Virus genome (UHGV): UHGV-1343746
DNA from: a virus
DNA length: 64,000 bases
Reading direction: 5' to 3' (one strand)
The notes under the pieces are model-generated. The model was not told where the DNA came from. It ran no database searches and saw nothing but the letters and a program-made list of their open reading frames with translations. Positions 34,468 through 43,655 of the stretch are shown in pieces (within the stretch, counting starts at the first letter, position 1; every line of letters begins with the position of its first letter). The position numbers were made by a program, and so were the translations under genes.

Positions 34468-35814
34468 TTATTTGATAAGAGTTTTCAAAGCATTCTGGAG
34501 AGCCAGTTTGCGTTGGTCAGCGTTAGCATTAGCATTTGCTTCTGGAGCGGTGTCTTTACCGTCATCCACTTCTGCTTCGCCGTCATTGCCAAGTTCTTCC
34601 ATAGCGTTTGAGTGTTCCAGAACAGCACCAGCAGTTTCTTTCAGCTTAGTGATTTCAGAATCCTTCTCAGACATGGCAGAAGCATGGGACGCGATAGTTT
34701 CATTAAGTTTCTGGTTAGCACCTTCCATAGCATTCATAAACAGAACACTCAGAGGGTTGTCAAGACCAGCACCTAAAATAGCTGTTGCAGCTTCTTTTGC
34801 ATCAAACCCAAAAGCTTCAGCAGATGCAGAAATCTTACCAGTTAAATCTGTAAGAACTGCTTCCTGTTCCTTAGCTTTCATTTGAGCAACCTGAAGACGC
34901 AGAGCTTCTAGTTCTTGCTTTTCTTGTTCAGTCATTTCTTCACCTGAATTGTTTGTGTTTAAACTTACAGGAGCTTCTTCAGAACCTTGTAAGTAATTTA
35001 AGAAATCATCTTGAGACATGATAGAGTTAATTAAACCAAGTTCAAGAGCTTCCTGAGCAGAATAAACATTCGCCTCAGTATTCTTTACAGCTTCTTCAGA
35101 GATATTACGTGAGTCTGCAACAAAACTAGTAAAAGTCTTGTAAGTGTCATCAATTCTCTTTTGAAGTCTATTCTTGCTTTCTTCTGATAATGCTTGGAAT
35201 GGGGAACCCATACCTTTAAATTCACCAGCTTTAATAACGTTAATAGTTACGCCATTCTTTTCAAATGCTTTAGTTAATTCTTGGTGAACCATAATCACAC
35301 CAATTGAACCAACATCTGCATCTGGTGATGCAATAATTTCTTCAGCGGAAGATGCAAGAGCATATGCAGCAGAGCAAGCAAACTCATCTACATAAGCAAT
35401 AATTTTCTTTTGGCCTCTTGAAGCCATGATGTGACGTGCCAACTCAAAACAACCTGACGCTTCACCACCACCTGAATCAACGTGCAGCACGATAGTCTTA
35501 ATAGACTCATCTGCTAGGGCTTCGTCAAAGCCTCTGCGTAAACCTTCATAAGAACTTAGTCCACCAGTACACATTGCATCCATGAAGGTCATACGATGTG
35601 TTAGGCCACCCATAATAGGGATGATAGCAATGTCTTCTTTAACTTTTAAAAGACTCCTTGCTTCACCTTTTGGCTTATCGAAGTTTACTGCTGCTTGTAC
35701 CTCACCTAACAAGCGGTTATTAACATAAGTCGCTGCTGAGTGGGCTAATGATTCTGTAGCTAGTAAAGGTTGGTTGAATAATCTGTCAGCAAGTCTGAAG
35801 ATATTCGAACTCAT
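34468..35814 (-). CDS. prohead protease (S49/ClpP-like) fused to scaffold-like domain
   Basis: 448 aa; N-terminal peptidase region (HVDSGGGEASG...ACSAAYALA), C-terminal charged coiled-coil. Confidence 0.7.
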   Translation of the reverse strand: MSSNIFRLADRLFNQPLLATESLAHSAATYVNNRLLGEVQAAVNFDKPKGEARSLLKVKEDIAIIPIMGGLTHRMTFMDAMCTGGLSSYEGLRRGFDEALADESIKTIVLHVDSGGGEASGCFELARHIMASRGQKKIIAYVDEFACSAAYALASSAEEIIASPDADVGSIGVIMVHQELTKAFEKNGVTINVIKAGEFKGMGSPFQALSEESKNRLQKRIDDTYKTFTSFVADSRNISEEAVKNTEANVYSAQEALELGLINSIMSQDDFLNYLQGSEEAPVSLNTNNSGEEMTEQEKQELEALRLQVAQMKAKEQEAVLTDLTGKISASAEAFGFDAKEAATAILGAGLDNPLSVLFMNAMEGANQKLNETIASHASAMSEKDSEITKLKETAGAVLEHSNAMEELGNDGEAEVDDGKDTAPEANANANADQRKLALQNALKTLIK

Positions 35815-35825
35815 TTTTACTCACC

Positions 35826-36158
35826 CTATTTATTTAAGTCAATGGATACTGAAGAGATAACATAAATTCCTTCTTCAGCAAAGAACTGAGGGCTACTTAG
35901 AGCACCTGTTGCCACGCACTTAGAGTTGTCATCCCATAAGCTAAAATGAGAAACTGTAGCAGAAGCCGGAACAGTAATATTAACTGTGTCTTCTGAGGCA
36001 ATTAATCCATTATTAGGTTCTGAGAAGAAGATAGCCACTGGCTGAGTAACCTTGTTTGCTGTAGGGTCTGCCGTTGGGTCTACATTGTGTAATACAATAG
36101 TTGTCGGGGTTAGTGTGGCTAGGATTTTATTCTTACCATCAATCGTTAATGTTCCCAT
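35826..36158 (-). CDS. hypothetical head protein
   Basis: 110-aa ORF. Confidence 0.35.
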   Translation of the reverse strand: MGTLTIDGKNKILATLTPTTIVLHNVDPTADPTANKVTQPVAIFFSEPNNGLIASEDTVNITVPASATVSHFSLWDDNSKCVATGALSSPQFFAEEGIYVISSVSIDLNK

Positions 36159-36658
36159 TAATTAAACCTTACTTTTTGTTTAAGGATTGTTGAATGGTTA
36201 CCAGATTCATCTACCACATTTACAATCATATCATAAACTTTACCTTTGACAAGTACTTTGTAATCATTTTGTGAAAAAATGTACTCAAGTCTGTTAGACT
36301 CTTTATTTACTGTCATTGGAGATTGAAATGCTGTATCAATGGTAATGAATGCAGCTTCAACACTATTAACGTTAACACGTTTATTCTCACAGTTATATAA
36401 CTTTACACCCAAAAGGCATGAACTGTCAAATGGAATTTTAACAATTTCGTTACAATTGTTTGAAATAAACTGTTTTCCGCTCATTGGAGCATCAAGTAAC
36501 CTGCAAATAGTGAAAACGTCAGAGGTTCCACCATCACTAACATACCCTGAAAGGCTGACCCTTGAGCCAGCCTCTACAGTTAATTCATCAGTGATAATTA
36601 AGACACCTCTATAAGAATGCACTCGCGTAGCATTGGAAATAGAGATAACTTCTGCCAT
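36158..36658 (-). CDS. hypothetical head protein
   Basis: 166-aa ORF. Confidence 0.35.
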   Translation of the reverse strand: MAEVISISNATRVHSYRGVLIITDELTVEAGSRVSLSGYVSDGGTSDVFTICRLLDAPMSGKQFISNNCNEIVKIPFDSSCLLGVKLYNCENKRVNVNSVEAAFITIDTAFQSPMTVNKESNRLEYIFSQNDYKVLVKGKVYDMIVNVVDESGNHSTILKQKVRFN

Positions 36659-38124
36659 TATTTGTTTGCCTTATTAGCTGTACTTGGGTCTTTAGCTGAA
36701 GGAGTATTAGCAGTCCCTTCTCCAGCAGTTTGATAACCATCACCAGAACGACTTTGAGTGTTTGGAGATAGTTTCTCAGATACTGGTTTAGACTCATCAG
36801 CAGGTTCAAGGTCAAGATATTCTCTAAGCTTGTCAGACAATGGCTTGTCAACTTCCAGAGCACCAACTGCAACTGTTTTCTGAATGAATGATGCAATAGC
36901 TTCAAGGTCTGGTGTCTCAATATCATCGTACACAATTTCTACGTGTTCTTCATCATCCCACATATTTAGTGCATAAGTCTGAGCAACCAAATCACGGTTA
37001 ATTACATTCTTCACTTGCTTCAGAAGAATATCAACTGACATTGCCAGTAAGCTTGTCTTAGAATCTGCCAGAGAGAATGAGCCATACTTTGACTGTCCCA
37101 TAGCAAGAACATCAGACATAAACGCCATCATAATTTGCTTAGAGTATCTATCAATGATAGAACCTGTATCATAAGCTTTAGCACCCTGTCGAGAAACTAA
37201 TGAGAACTCAAAGATATCTTCTTTAGTTTCTGGGTCGATAAATCTAGGCCAAATTAAACCTGCTCTGTCATTAGCAATTAAATCATTTACTACTTCTTGG
37301 CAGTATTTAACAAAAGCTTTCTTTTCAGGTTCTGCATCTTCACCTAAGTAATCAGGTGGAAGACCAATCTTTGGCATACCTACTAAGTCTCTGGAAACAC
37401 CAACTGCTTCAAACTCTTCAATTTGAACTTTGTATTTCCAAGGAACATAAGCATTAAGCAATGGTGAACGTCCCTCTGGGTTACCATATTCATCGTCATA
37501 CTTGAACAATAAGAATTTACTTCTAGGAAGCTTTCTTGTCAATGGTTGTTCACCAAGATTAATTGCTCCTGCAATATGGGAAACATTACGCAGGTTCTGT
37601 CTAACACCAATAACTTTTCTATAGTCAGAGTCAAAGTACCATTTGTCTAATGTAGTCTGATTACGGATTGGTAATTTAGCCCAACCAATTAAACCATCAT
37701 TATATTTTGAAGGGTACTTACCTTTCTTGCCTTGACGTTTCTTATAAACTTTCTCGTTTACACAGAAACCGTAAGTACAGAATGACATTACAGAGTTAAT
37801 AAAGTCAGCCCAATCGTGCTCCATGTCATTCATTAGTGAGTTAAAGAAATTAGCCCTTTCAATCATCTTGGCATCTTTCTCTTTTCCCTTCGGTGGTACG
37901 AATCTCCAGTTAACCTTTCTGACAAACATCTTAATAATATTTACAGAGGCTGCTACTGAAGGGTCTCTCATCATAAGCTGGAAAGTCTTAATACTTTCTG
38001 GTAATCTTAAAGCCTGTCTAGGTTCTTCATAGATTCTTCCTGAGCGAACTTTAAGGCCAAGACTCCCAACCTCACCCATTCTGAATGGAGGAAGGCTTTC
38101 TTGTGTTTCTGTGATATCTGCCAT
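36658..38124 (-). CDS. portal protein
   Basis: 488 aa immediately downstream of large terminase. Confidence 0.7.
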   Translation of the reverse strand: MADITETQESLPPFRMGEVGSLGLKVRSGRIYEEPRQALRLPESIKTFQLMMRDPSVAASVNIIKMFVRKVNWRFVPPKGKEKDAKMIERANFFNSLMNDMEHDWADFINSVMSFCTYGFCVNEKVYKKRQGKKGKYPSKYNDGLIGWAKLPIRNQTTLDKWYFDSDYRKVIGVRQNLRNVSHIAGAINLGEQPLTRKLPRSKFLLFKYDDEYGNPEGRSPLLNAYVPWKYKVQIEEFEAVGVSRDLVGMPKIGLPPDYLGEDAEPEKKAFVKYCQEVVNDLIANDRAGLIWPRFIDPETKEDIFEFSLVSRQGAKAYDTGSIIDRYSKQIMMAFMSDVLAMGQSKYGSFSLADSKTSLLAMSVDILLKQVKNVINRDLVAQTYALNMWDDEEHVEIVYDDIETPDLEAIASFIQKTVAVGALEVDKPLSDKLREYLDLEPADESKPVSEKLSPNTQSRSGDGYQTAGEGTANTPSAKDPSTANKANK

Positions 38125-38136
38125 TCTTTCTACCTA

Positions 38137-39753
38137 TTATCGTCTTAGCCCCTGATATGGGTTACTCTTCATAATATCTGTATGAGCACCCATTGAAGGT
38201 GGCTTGAATAGTTTAACTTCGTTTAGACTGTTGAAAGCATCACTGGTAGCATCCACTTGGTCATCCTTAGTACGACCATCGCCACAAAAACCTTCTAGTT
38301 CTTGGAAATATGCTTCATTCCAAGAGCCTCTAACAATTTTGACAAGTCCTGCCTCAGAAGCAGCAGAGAAACCCGCAAAACGGGTGACTTTATCTTTATT
38401 TGTTGGTTTAGCTCTTGCTCGGAAACCTTTCTCAGCAAGTTTTCTAATAAGGGAGGTTGCGTAGGATTTACCAGCAGCGCCGGGGTCTTGAGGGATAAAA
38501 ATACCTGTGCGCTTACCATCACCTTCAGCAGTTTGGTTAATTTGTGTTTCAACTCCAGAAGGTCTATCTCTAAATCTTACTACGTTAATCACATAATAGC
38601 AACCATCTTTTTTAGATTTACCCATTTTAACACCTGCTGTCCAGTCAGGGTTAGGGTTAACCTCAGAAGGTAATGTTGCTGCTAAGTCCCATGCTCTTAC
38701 GTCAAATACGTCTGCTGGAACACTATCAACAATTTCACACCATTGCCTTTGCCAGTAGTTTGAACCTTCAGCACGAGCTTTCCAGTTACCAAAACGTAAA
38801 CGTGCAACGTTAACTGGTGTGTTGTTTTCTAATTTACCACGATACTTAGGTTCAAGGAAATCTAGAATAGGGTTGTCATCAATTGTACCGGAAATAAAGG
38901 TATATGTTTGAGGAATCTCAAGAGGGAACATTTCAAGAATTTTATCTCTATCCCAATCAGAAACCATGACACCATCATTCATAACATACCAACGAATCCT
39001 ACCGCACTTCTCTGGGTCTGGATATCCAGCATCATCTAGGAAAGGTTCTACCCAATCATAAATAAAGTGGTCTCTATCTGGGTTCATTGAGATTTTCATA
39101 TATGAGTCACCTTCAGCACCAGAACGTAAACGTGTCTGAAGATATGAAATCTGTGAAGCCGAGAAGTGTGTACCTTCGTCGAAATAAATAGCTGAGTATT
39201 CGATACCTTGGTGACCTTCTGAGTGTTTCTCAAGTTCCAAATAAGTAAACTTGATAGTTGCTCCAGAAGGGAAAGTGATAGTCATTTTCTGTTCATGTGG
39301 AACTCCACCAAACTTACCAAATAACTTCTTAGCCGCAGGCCATAGACCACCTTGTAACTGTGTTGTATTTCGACGGAAATAAACAGCATTATAGTTTGGG
39401 TCTTCAATGAACCTTAGTGAGTCCATTAATAGGGCAGCAGTCTTACCAGCACCAGCAGCACCACCATATAGTACCAAGTCAGCATTAGTGTTCAAGAATA
39501 CCTCTTGAGAGCCAGGCTGTGGAGCTACATAGTTCTTGTCAGTCATCAATTTAAAGATGAGTCTTACTTGGTCTGGGGTGTATCTTAATAAAGTCAGAAT
39601 TTGAGTTGGAAGGAATTTAGAGGGGTCTTTACCAAAGGATTTGATAATATCTTTTACTTCTTCAGAAAGCCCCAACTCACCTGCTAGGACTTTCCTTACA
39701 TCTTCCACTCGCTTCTGCTTAATAACATTTAAGTCCATTAAGCACCTCTGCAA
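38137..39753 (-). CDS. terminase large subunit
   Basis: 538 aa; Walker A-like LYGGAAGAGKTAAL near N-terminus, nuclease-sized C-terminal domain. Confidence 0.8.
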   Translation of the reverse strand: MQRCLMDLNVIKQKRVEDVRKVLAGELGLSEEVKDIIKSFGKDPSKFLPTQILTLLRYTPDQVRLIFKLMTDKNYVAPQPGSQEVFLNTNADLVLYGGAAGAGKTAALLMDSLRFIEDPNYNAVYFRRNTTQLQGGLWPAAKKLFGKFGGVPHEQKMTITFPSGATIKFTYLELEKHSEGHQGIEYSAIYFDEGTHFSASQISYLQTRLRSGAEGDSYMKISMNPDRDHFIYDWVEPFLDDAGYPDPEKCGRIRWYVMNDGVMVSDWDRDKILEMFPLEIPQTYTFISGTIDDNPILDFLEPKYRGKLENNTPVNVARLRFGNWKARAEGSNYWQRQWCEIVDSVPADVFDVRAWDLAATLPSEVNPNPDWTAGVKMGKSKKDGCYYVINVVRFRDRPSGVETQINQTAEGDGKRTGIFIPQDPGAAGKSYATSLIRKLAEKGFRARAKPTNKDKVTRFAGFSAASEAGLVKIVRGSWNEAYFQELEGFCGDGRTKDDQVDATSDAFNSLNEVKLFKPPSMGAHTDIMKSNPYQGLRR

Positions 39754-39759
39754 ATAGAA

Positions 39760-39966
39760 TTATTCAGAAACTTCTTCAGATTCCTGTTTAGGTTCTACAC
39801 CAAACTTTTCATCTACTAAATTAAGAAGTTTATCCATCGTTGCTTCTTGTGGGTTAATACCAGTTGCAACAATTAAACGTTCAGCCACAGCCATTACAGT
39901 TGCCTGAAGCATCTGAGCCTGTTTCTGAGTTTCATATAGTTCTTTGTAAACATTAGTCTCGTTCAT
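39760..39966 (-). CDS. hypothetical small protein upstream of terminase
   Basis: 68-aa acidic ORF with SD GGAGAA. Confidence 0.4.
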   Translation of the reverse strand: MNETNVYKELYETQKQAQMLQATVMAVAERLIVATGINPQEATMDKLLNLVDEKFGVEPKQESEEVSE

Positions 39967-40002
39967 TGTATTTCTCCAAAATTAAAGTTATAGTGATTCT
40001 CC

Positions 40003-40028
40003 TGAAAAAAGACGGTGCAGAGACCGTC
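40003..40028 (-). terminator. terminator-like hairpin
   Basis: minus-strand GACGGU...ACCGUC followed by UUUUUUCAGG. Confidence 0.4.
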
Positions 40029-40091
40029 AAGGAGAAACCACAATGTATGCCAGAGACATACTGTATAGGCCTTCCTATAAAGTATAACTCT

Positions 40092-40153
40092 ATAAAAAAG
40101 CCCTGTCTAAAAATACTCTCCGGTAGCGAAAGGGAGAATACTCATAGCAGGGC
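40092..40153 (-). terminator. terminator-like long hairpin at 3' end of tRNA cluster
   Basis: GCCCUG...CAGGGC enclosing inner helix, followed by UUUUUUAU on minus strand. Confidence 0.45.
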
Positions 40154-40185
40154 ATAATAACTTTGAGAGAGATATTAATATAAAT

Positions 40186-40261
40186 TGGAGTATCGGAAGG
40201 GACTCGAACCCTCATAAACCTGTTTTGCAGACAGGCACATAACCATTTCTGACACCGACAC
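40186..40261 (-). tRNA. tRNA-Cys(GCA)
   Basis: manual fold: sense T-loop TTCGAGT, anticodon loop CTGCAAA, 7-bp acceptor stem, CCA encoded. Confidence 0.7.
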
Positions 40262-40267
40262 ATAATT

Positions 40268-40360
40268 TGGAGGAAGATACCAGACTTGAACTGGTACGCC
40301 GATTTCTCGGTTACTGGCAGTTTAGCAAACTGCTCCCTTACCTTTTAGGGTTAATCTTCC
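40268..40360 (-). tRNA. tRNA-Ser(GCU), long variable arm
   Basis: T-loop TTCAAGT; anticodon loop TTGCTAA; ~93 nt with variable-arm hairpin. Confidence 0.7.
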
Positions 40361-40361
40361 A

Positions 40362-41096
40362 TTATTTGTTCAGAGCTTCTTTCATCTCTGGAGTTGCGAT
40401 AGTATCAATCACACCAGTTTTACATGAATCATCAAACCAGCTTGGTAGAACATTCGCAAGGAAACCATTAATATTTGTTTTCAGGTATTCTGCAATCAGT
40501 GCTGCTTCATCTGCAATCATCTGAGTTACTTCATTAGCATATGCAGTAATCTTTGCAATACCCTCATTAATCGCTGTAACGGCCTGTGTAGCGAGTTCAG
40601 AGATTGTATCTAGTCCTTGGTCGATTGCATCTTGCAAATCGCTTAGAACGCTATTTACAGCGTCTATGGAGGTATTAATCAAATCCATCGCTTTATTACC
40701 GTACTCGGTAGCTACGCCCATGATACCGCTAAACGGTGTACATCCAACCTGTTCACCTGCTGCTCCCATAACGTTAGAGTAACCTTTAGCTACTTGCATA
40801 CGTTGTGAAAACTCATCTACAGACTTTTGTCCATACTCAGTGAGTGTACTTGTCGTTGAAGTTGTACTTCCAAGGCTTGTTGTGAAGCTTCCTAATAAGG
40901 CTGTTGTCAGTCCAGCAGCAACTAAAATCTGTTGTGTGGCTGGGTCTGTTACAGAACTAATTGAGTTAACTAATGATTGAGAGGCAGCTATAGTACCACC
41001 AAGAACTGCTGCACCAGTAATAAGAGGGTTTGAAAAACCATTACCAGTTTTAAGGAGATTAAAAATCTCTTTACTTTGTTCTGTCATCTCTTTCAT
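40362..41096 (-). CDS. Ala/Ser/Thr-rich protein with hydrophobic segments, embedded in tRNA cluster
   Basis: track ORF trimmed to ATG at 41096 because the listed N-terminus overlaps tRNA-Phe. Confidence 0.45.
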   Translation of the reverse strand: MKEMTEQSKEIFNLLKTGNGFSNPLITGAAVLGGTIAASQSLVNSISSVTDPATQQILVAAGLTTALLGSFTTSLGSTTSTTSTLTEYGQKSVDEFSQRMQVAKGYSNVMGAAGEQVGCTPFSGIMGVATEYGNKAMDLINTSIDAVNSVLSDLQDAIDQGLDTISELATQAVTAINEGIAKITAYANEVTQMIADEAALIAEYLKTNINGFLANVLPSWFDDSCKTGVIDTIATPEMKEALNK

Positions 41097-41114
41097 TATG
41101 CACCTATAAAGTTG

Positions 41115-41189
41115 GTAGCCCATCGGGATTTGAACCCTGTTCTCATGTTTTTCAGACACGCGCTTTAACCATATAAGCTAATTGAGCTA
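41115..41189 (-). tRNA. tRNA-Phe(GAA)
   Basis: T-loop TTCAAAT; anticodon loop CTGAAAA; acceptor TAGCTCA/TGGGCTA. Confidence 0.65.
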
Positions 41190-41195
41190 TTAAAT

Positions 41196-41272
41196 TGGGG
41201 TGACCTACGGGAATCGAACCCGTATAGACCATGTTCACAGCATGGGTCATTATCCATTTATGATAAGGCCAC
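41196..41272 (-). tRNA. tRNA-His(GUG)
   Basis: T-loop TTCGATT; anticodon loop CTGTGAA; CCA encoded. Confidence 0.7.
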
Positions 41273-41303
41273 ATTTAAGGACTCTCGTAAGAACCCTTAG
41301 AAG

Positions 41304-41379
41304 TGGCAGCAGTATAAGGATTTGAACCTTAATCTTTCAGCTTCAGAGGCTGGAGCATTGCCAGTTATGCTATACTGCT
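41304..41379 (-). tRNA. tRNA-Gln(CUG)
   Basis: T-loop TTCAAAT; anticodon loop CTCTGAA. Confidence 0.65.
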
Positions 41380-41385
41380 AATATT

Positions 41386-41456
41386 TGGTACTCCATATCG
41401 GATTCGAACCGATACATAACACAGATTTTAAATCTGGCCTCTCTGCCAATTGGAGT
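41386..41456 (-). tRNA. atypical tRNA-like gene, candidate anticodon UAA
   Basis: good T-arm and 6/7 acceptor stem, but only ~68 nt without CCA; anticodon region is palindrome CAGATTTTAAATCTG; truncated D-arm. Confidence 0.4.
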
Positions 41457-41466
41457 AATGGAGCAT

Positions 41467-41541
41467 TGGCGGGGGATGATGGAATTGAACCATCTTCTTC
41501 GATTTCAAAGACCGAGGTTTTAACCTTGTAAACTAATCCCC
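41467..41541 (-). tRNA. tRNA-Gln(UUG)
   Basis: T-loop TTCAATT; anticodon loop CTTTGAA; positions 1-72 mismatched. Confidence 0.6.
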
Positions 41542-41550
41542 TATTAAATT

Positions 41551-41627
41551 TGGTGCAGAATAGAGGATTCGAACCCCTAACAAACAACTTCGTAGATTGC
41601 TGTTCTATCCATTTGAACTAATTCTGC
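41551..41627 (-). tRNA. tRNA-Arg(ACG)
   Basis: T-loop TTCGAAT; anticodon loop CTACGAA; perfect acceptor stem. Confidence 0.7.
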
Positions 41628-41628
41628 A

Positions 41629-41871
41629 TTATCCGATAAGGACACCATAAAGTTTTAACTCTTCATTAGTGTCTCTTCTGCTTAAGACTGACTCTCTAAA
41701 ATCTTTAGCAATATTCTTTCGAGATTCCTGTCTAGCTTTCTTCTTATCTCTTCTGAGAAAGCGTCTACGATGGTCTGTACGCCACTTGTAGTAATCTTCT
41801 TCACCATCGTGAGAAGCGCAGCAGCCACAACTTGCAATTTCAACTTTACCATGTCTACCATAAGGCTTCAT
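41629..41871 (-). CDS. small basic Cys-containing protein embedded in tRNA cluster
   Basis: 80 aa, Arg/Lys-rich with CGCC...H cluster. Confidence 0.4.
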   Translation of the reverse strand: MKPYGRHGKVEIASCGCCASHDGEEDYYKWRTDHRRRFLRRDKKKARQESRKNIAKDFRESVLSRRDTNEELKLYGVLIG

Positions 41872-41887
41872 AGGAATCTCCTAAAAT

Positions 41888-41965
41888 TGGTGTTCCAAGA
41901 CGGATTCGAACCGTCACTAATACAAGGTTTGAGCTTGCATCCTCTACCAATTGGGATACTGGAAC
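41888..41965 (-). tRNA. tRNA with anticodon CAA (Leu-type) but short variable arm
   Basis: T-loop TTCGAAT; anticodon loop CTCAAAC; ~75 nt without CCA. Confidence 0.55.
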
Positions 41966-41966
41966 T

Positions 41967-42040
41967 TGGTACTCGCTGAAGGACTTGAACCTTCTTCACC
42001 AACTTGTAAGGATGGGGCTTTACCATATAAACTAAGCGAG
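41967..42040 (-). tRNA. tRNA-Val(UAC)
   Basis: T-loop TTCAAGT; anticodon loop CTTACAA. Confidence 0.6.
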
Positions 42041-42136
42041 CTTTGAAGAGGTCTGAAGCTGTGCCGCTAACTCAACTCCGTGGAATTTGTTACGGTCTTC
42101 AGTTGACTCAAGCGGTCTTTCACTTGACCTCAAAAT

Positions 42137-42212
42137 TGGTGCTCCCACAAGGATTCGAACCCTGATAAGTTGCTTACAAGGCAACCGTAATAGCCAATTA
42201 TACGATAAGAGC
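42137..42212 (-). tRNA. tRNA-Thr(UGU)
   Basis: T-loop TTCGAAT; anticodon stem GTTGC/GCAAC with loop CTTGTAA. Confidence 0.7.
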
Positions 42213-42218
42213 ATTGTT

Positions 42219-42293
42219 TGGAGCATCCAGAGGGAATCGAACCCTCAACCTCAGTTTGGAAGACTGTAATTTTCCCATTTAAACTATGGATGC
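42219..42293 (-). tRNA. tRNA-Gly(UCC)
   Basis: T-loop TTCGATT; anticodon loop CTTCCAA; perfect acceptor stem. Confidence 0.7.
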
Positions 42294-42299
42294 ACTAAT

Positions 42300-42375
42300 T
42301 GGTGGAGAAGCAGGGAATTGAACCCTGTACTTAAGTTTGCAAAACTTATGTTTTAACCATGTAAACTACATCCCC
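42300..42375 (-). tRNA. tRNA-Ala(UGC)
   Basis: T-loop TTCAATT; anticodon loop TTTGCAA; G3-U70 wobble pair present. Confidence 0.7.
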
Positions 42376-42381
42376 ATTGTT

Positions 42382-42457
42382 TGGTACAGGTGGAGTGAAT
42401 TGAACCCATCGTCTTACTGATTAAGAGTCAGCCGCATAACCATTTTGCTACACCTGC
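42382..42457 (-). tRNA. tRNA-Lys(CUU)
   Basis: anticodon loop CTCTTAA; acceptor stem good; T-stem weakly paired. Confidence 0.55.
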
Positions 42458-42464
42458 ATTAATT

Positions 42465-42542
42465 TGGTAGGAGACAAGGGATTCGAACCCTCAAACACCA
42501 ACTTCTAAGGATGGTAGGTTTACCAATTACCGTCAATCTCCC
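42465..42542 (-). tRNA. tRNA with anticodon UAG (Leu-type) but short variable arm
   Basis: T-loop TTCGAAT; anticodon loop CTTAGAA; ~75 nt without CCA. Confidence 0.55.
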
Positions 42543-42797
42543 ATTAAATCTTTGTAGAGAACTGCTAAGACGCCAAAGCAACAATGGTATCAAATGCCTT
42601 AACAATTCTCTAAAAAGACCTATTGGCCTTTGCGTAGTCTTCTTTAATCCGGTGACTAGAACCTTTGGAGAGCTTGATATTATCTCTTCTCCGTGACACC
42701 TACTAGGTGCTTTGTCAGTGCCGTGTACGCCAATACACGAAGAGGAAACCTGAAACACTTGCCCGAACAGCGAGTCTCAGCTTTAAATCTTATTAGG

Positions 42798-42881
42798 CGG
42801 TAGATAAAGGAGTCGAACCCTCACCGTATCTCTACAATGGCAACTGTTTTCAAGACAGTTTGGCTTCCATTAGCCGCTACC
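42798..42881 (-). tRNA. tRNA-Ser(UGA), long variable arm
   Basis: T-loop TTCGACT; anticodon stem ACTGT/ACAGT with loop CTTGAAA; ~84 nt, no CCA encoded. Confidence 0.6.
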
Positions 42882-42898
42882 TACCCCTAATAAGACTT

Positions 42899-42981
42899 TG
42901 GCATGGGACGGAGGATTCGAACCCCTTTGAGTAAGTTTTGGAGGCTTACGCACATGCCTTAGTGTCTTAACATCGTCCCAT
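42899..42981 (-). tRNA. tRNA, long (about 83 nt), anticodon unresolved (CCA/Trp candidate)
   Basis: T-loop TTCGAAT; perfect acceptor match GTCCCAT; internal fold ambiguous. Confidence 0.5.
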
Positions 42982-43146
42982 ACTATAATTCGAAGCTTAC
43001 CCTGTTATCTCAACACTGTCAAGCTTCTTCTCAGATTATTTACATGTTCTGGAAAACATGAGATACAGACCACCTCCTTATGAGATTGACTTTTTCAAGT
43101 CAATGCGGAGACCCATAAAGGTCGTCATAGTAATCTGCTAACTAAC

Positions 43147-43223
43147 TGGCACACCCTACAGGATTCGAACCTGTAACTGACGGTTTAGAAGACCGTTGCT
43201 CTATCCGTTTGAACTAAGGGTGC
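43147..43223 (-). tRNA. tRNA-Arg(UCU)
   Basis: T-loop TTCGAAT; anticodon stem ACGGT/ACCGT with loop CTTCTAA. Confidence 0.7.
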
Positions 43224-43500
43224 ATTAACATTTTAAAGAGCACTCATTGCATTTAAGCCAAGCCCCATAAGGGATGCTCTTTAGAATGTTGCCCACTTTA
43301 TTAATCATACCGTGGGCTAGTACGCCAAATTCTTTAACAGGGAGTTGGAATACCCTGCTGGTGTTTAGCCTATTAAGCTACTGCCAGAAAAACATTATCG
43401 TTTGCATTTATTTTTAAGTTTTTAAAATAGACGCTACGCTAACGAAAACTAAGGTTATCTTAAAGTGGTCACATCTGAATGTCAACAACTTTATGAAATT

Positions 43501-43576
43501 TGGTACTGGTAGGTGGAATCGAACCACCGATATTCCCTTATCAGGGGAGTGTTATAACCTTCTTAACTATACCAGC
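43501..43576 (-). tRNA. tRNA-Ile(GAU)
   Basis: T-loop TTCGATT; anticodon loop CTGATAA. Confidence 0.65.
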
Positions 43577-43578
43577 AT

Positions 43579-43655
43579 TGGAGGTTCAGGTGGGAATCGA
43601 ACCCACATTCATAGGGCTTATGAAACCCTTGCATTACCTTATCTGCGACTGAACC
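43579..43655 (-). tRNA. tRNA-Met(CAU)
   Basis: T-loop TTCGATT; anticodon loop TTCATAA with GGG/CCC stem; perfect acceptor stem. Confidence 0.65.

Noticed and set aside
34472-34885. 137-aa plus-strand ORF
   Set aside because: Antisense to the prohead protease/scaffold gene; Ala/Ser-rich translation typical of a spurious reverse-frame ORF
39975-40002. T7-promoter-like core TCACTATA upstream of the small ORF before terminase
   Set aside because: Single occurrence, not repeated before other late genes, and no phage RNA polymerase gene in the window
40362-41159. N-terminal 21 codons of track ORF 40362..41159
   Set aside because: They overlap tRNA-Phe; an in-frame ATG with upstream purine-rich sequence at 41096 gives a non-overlapping start
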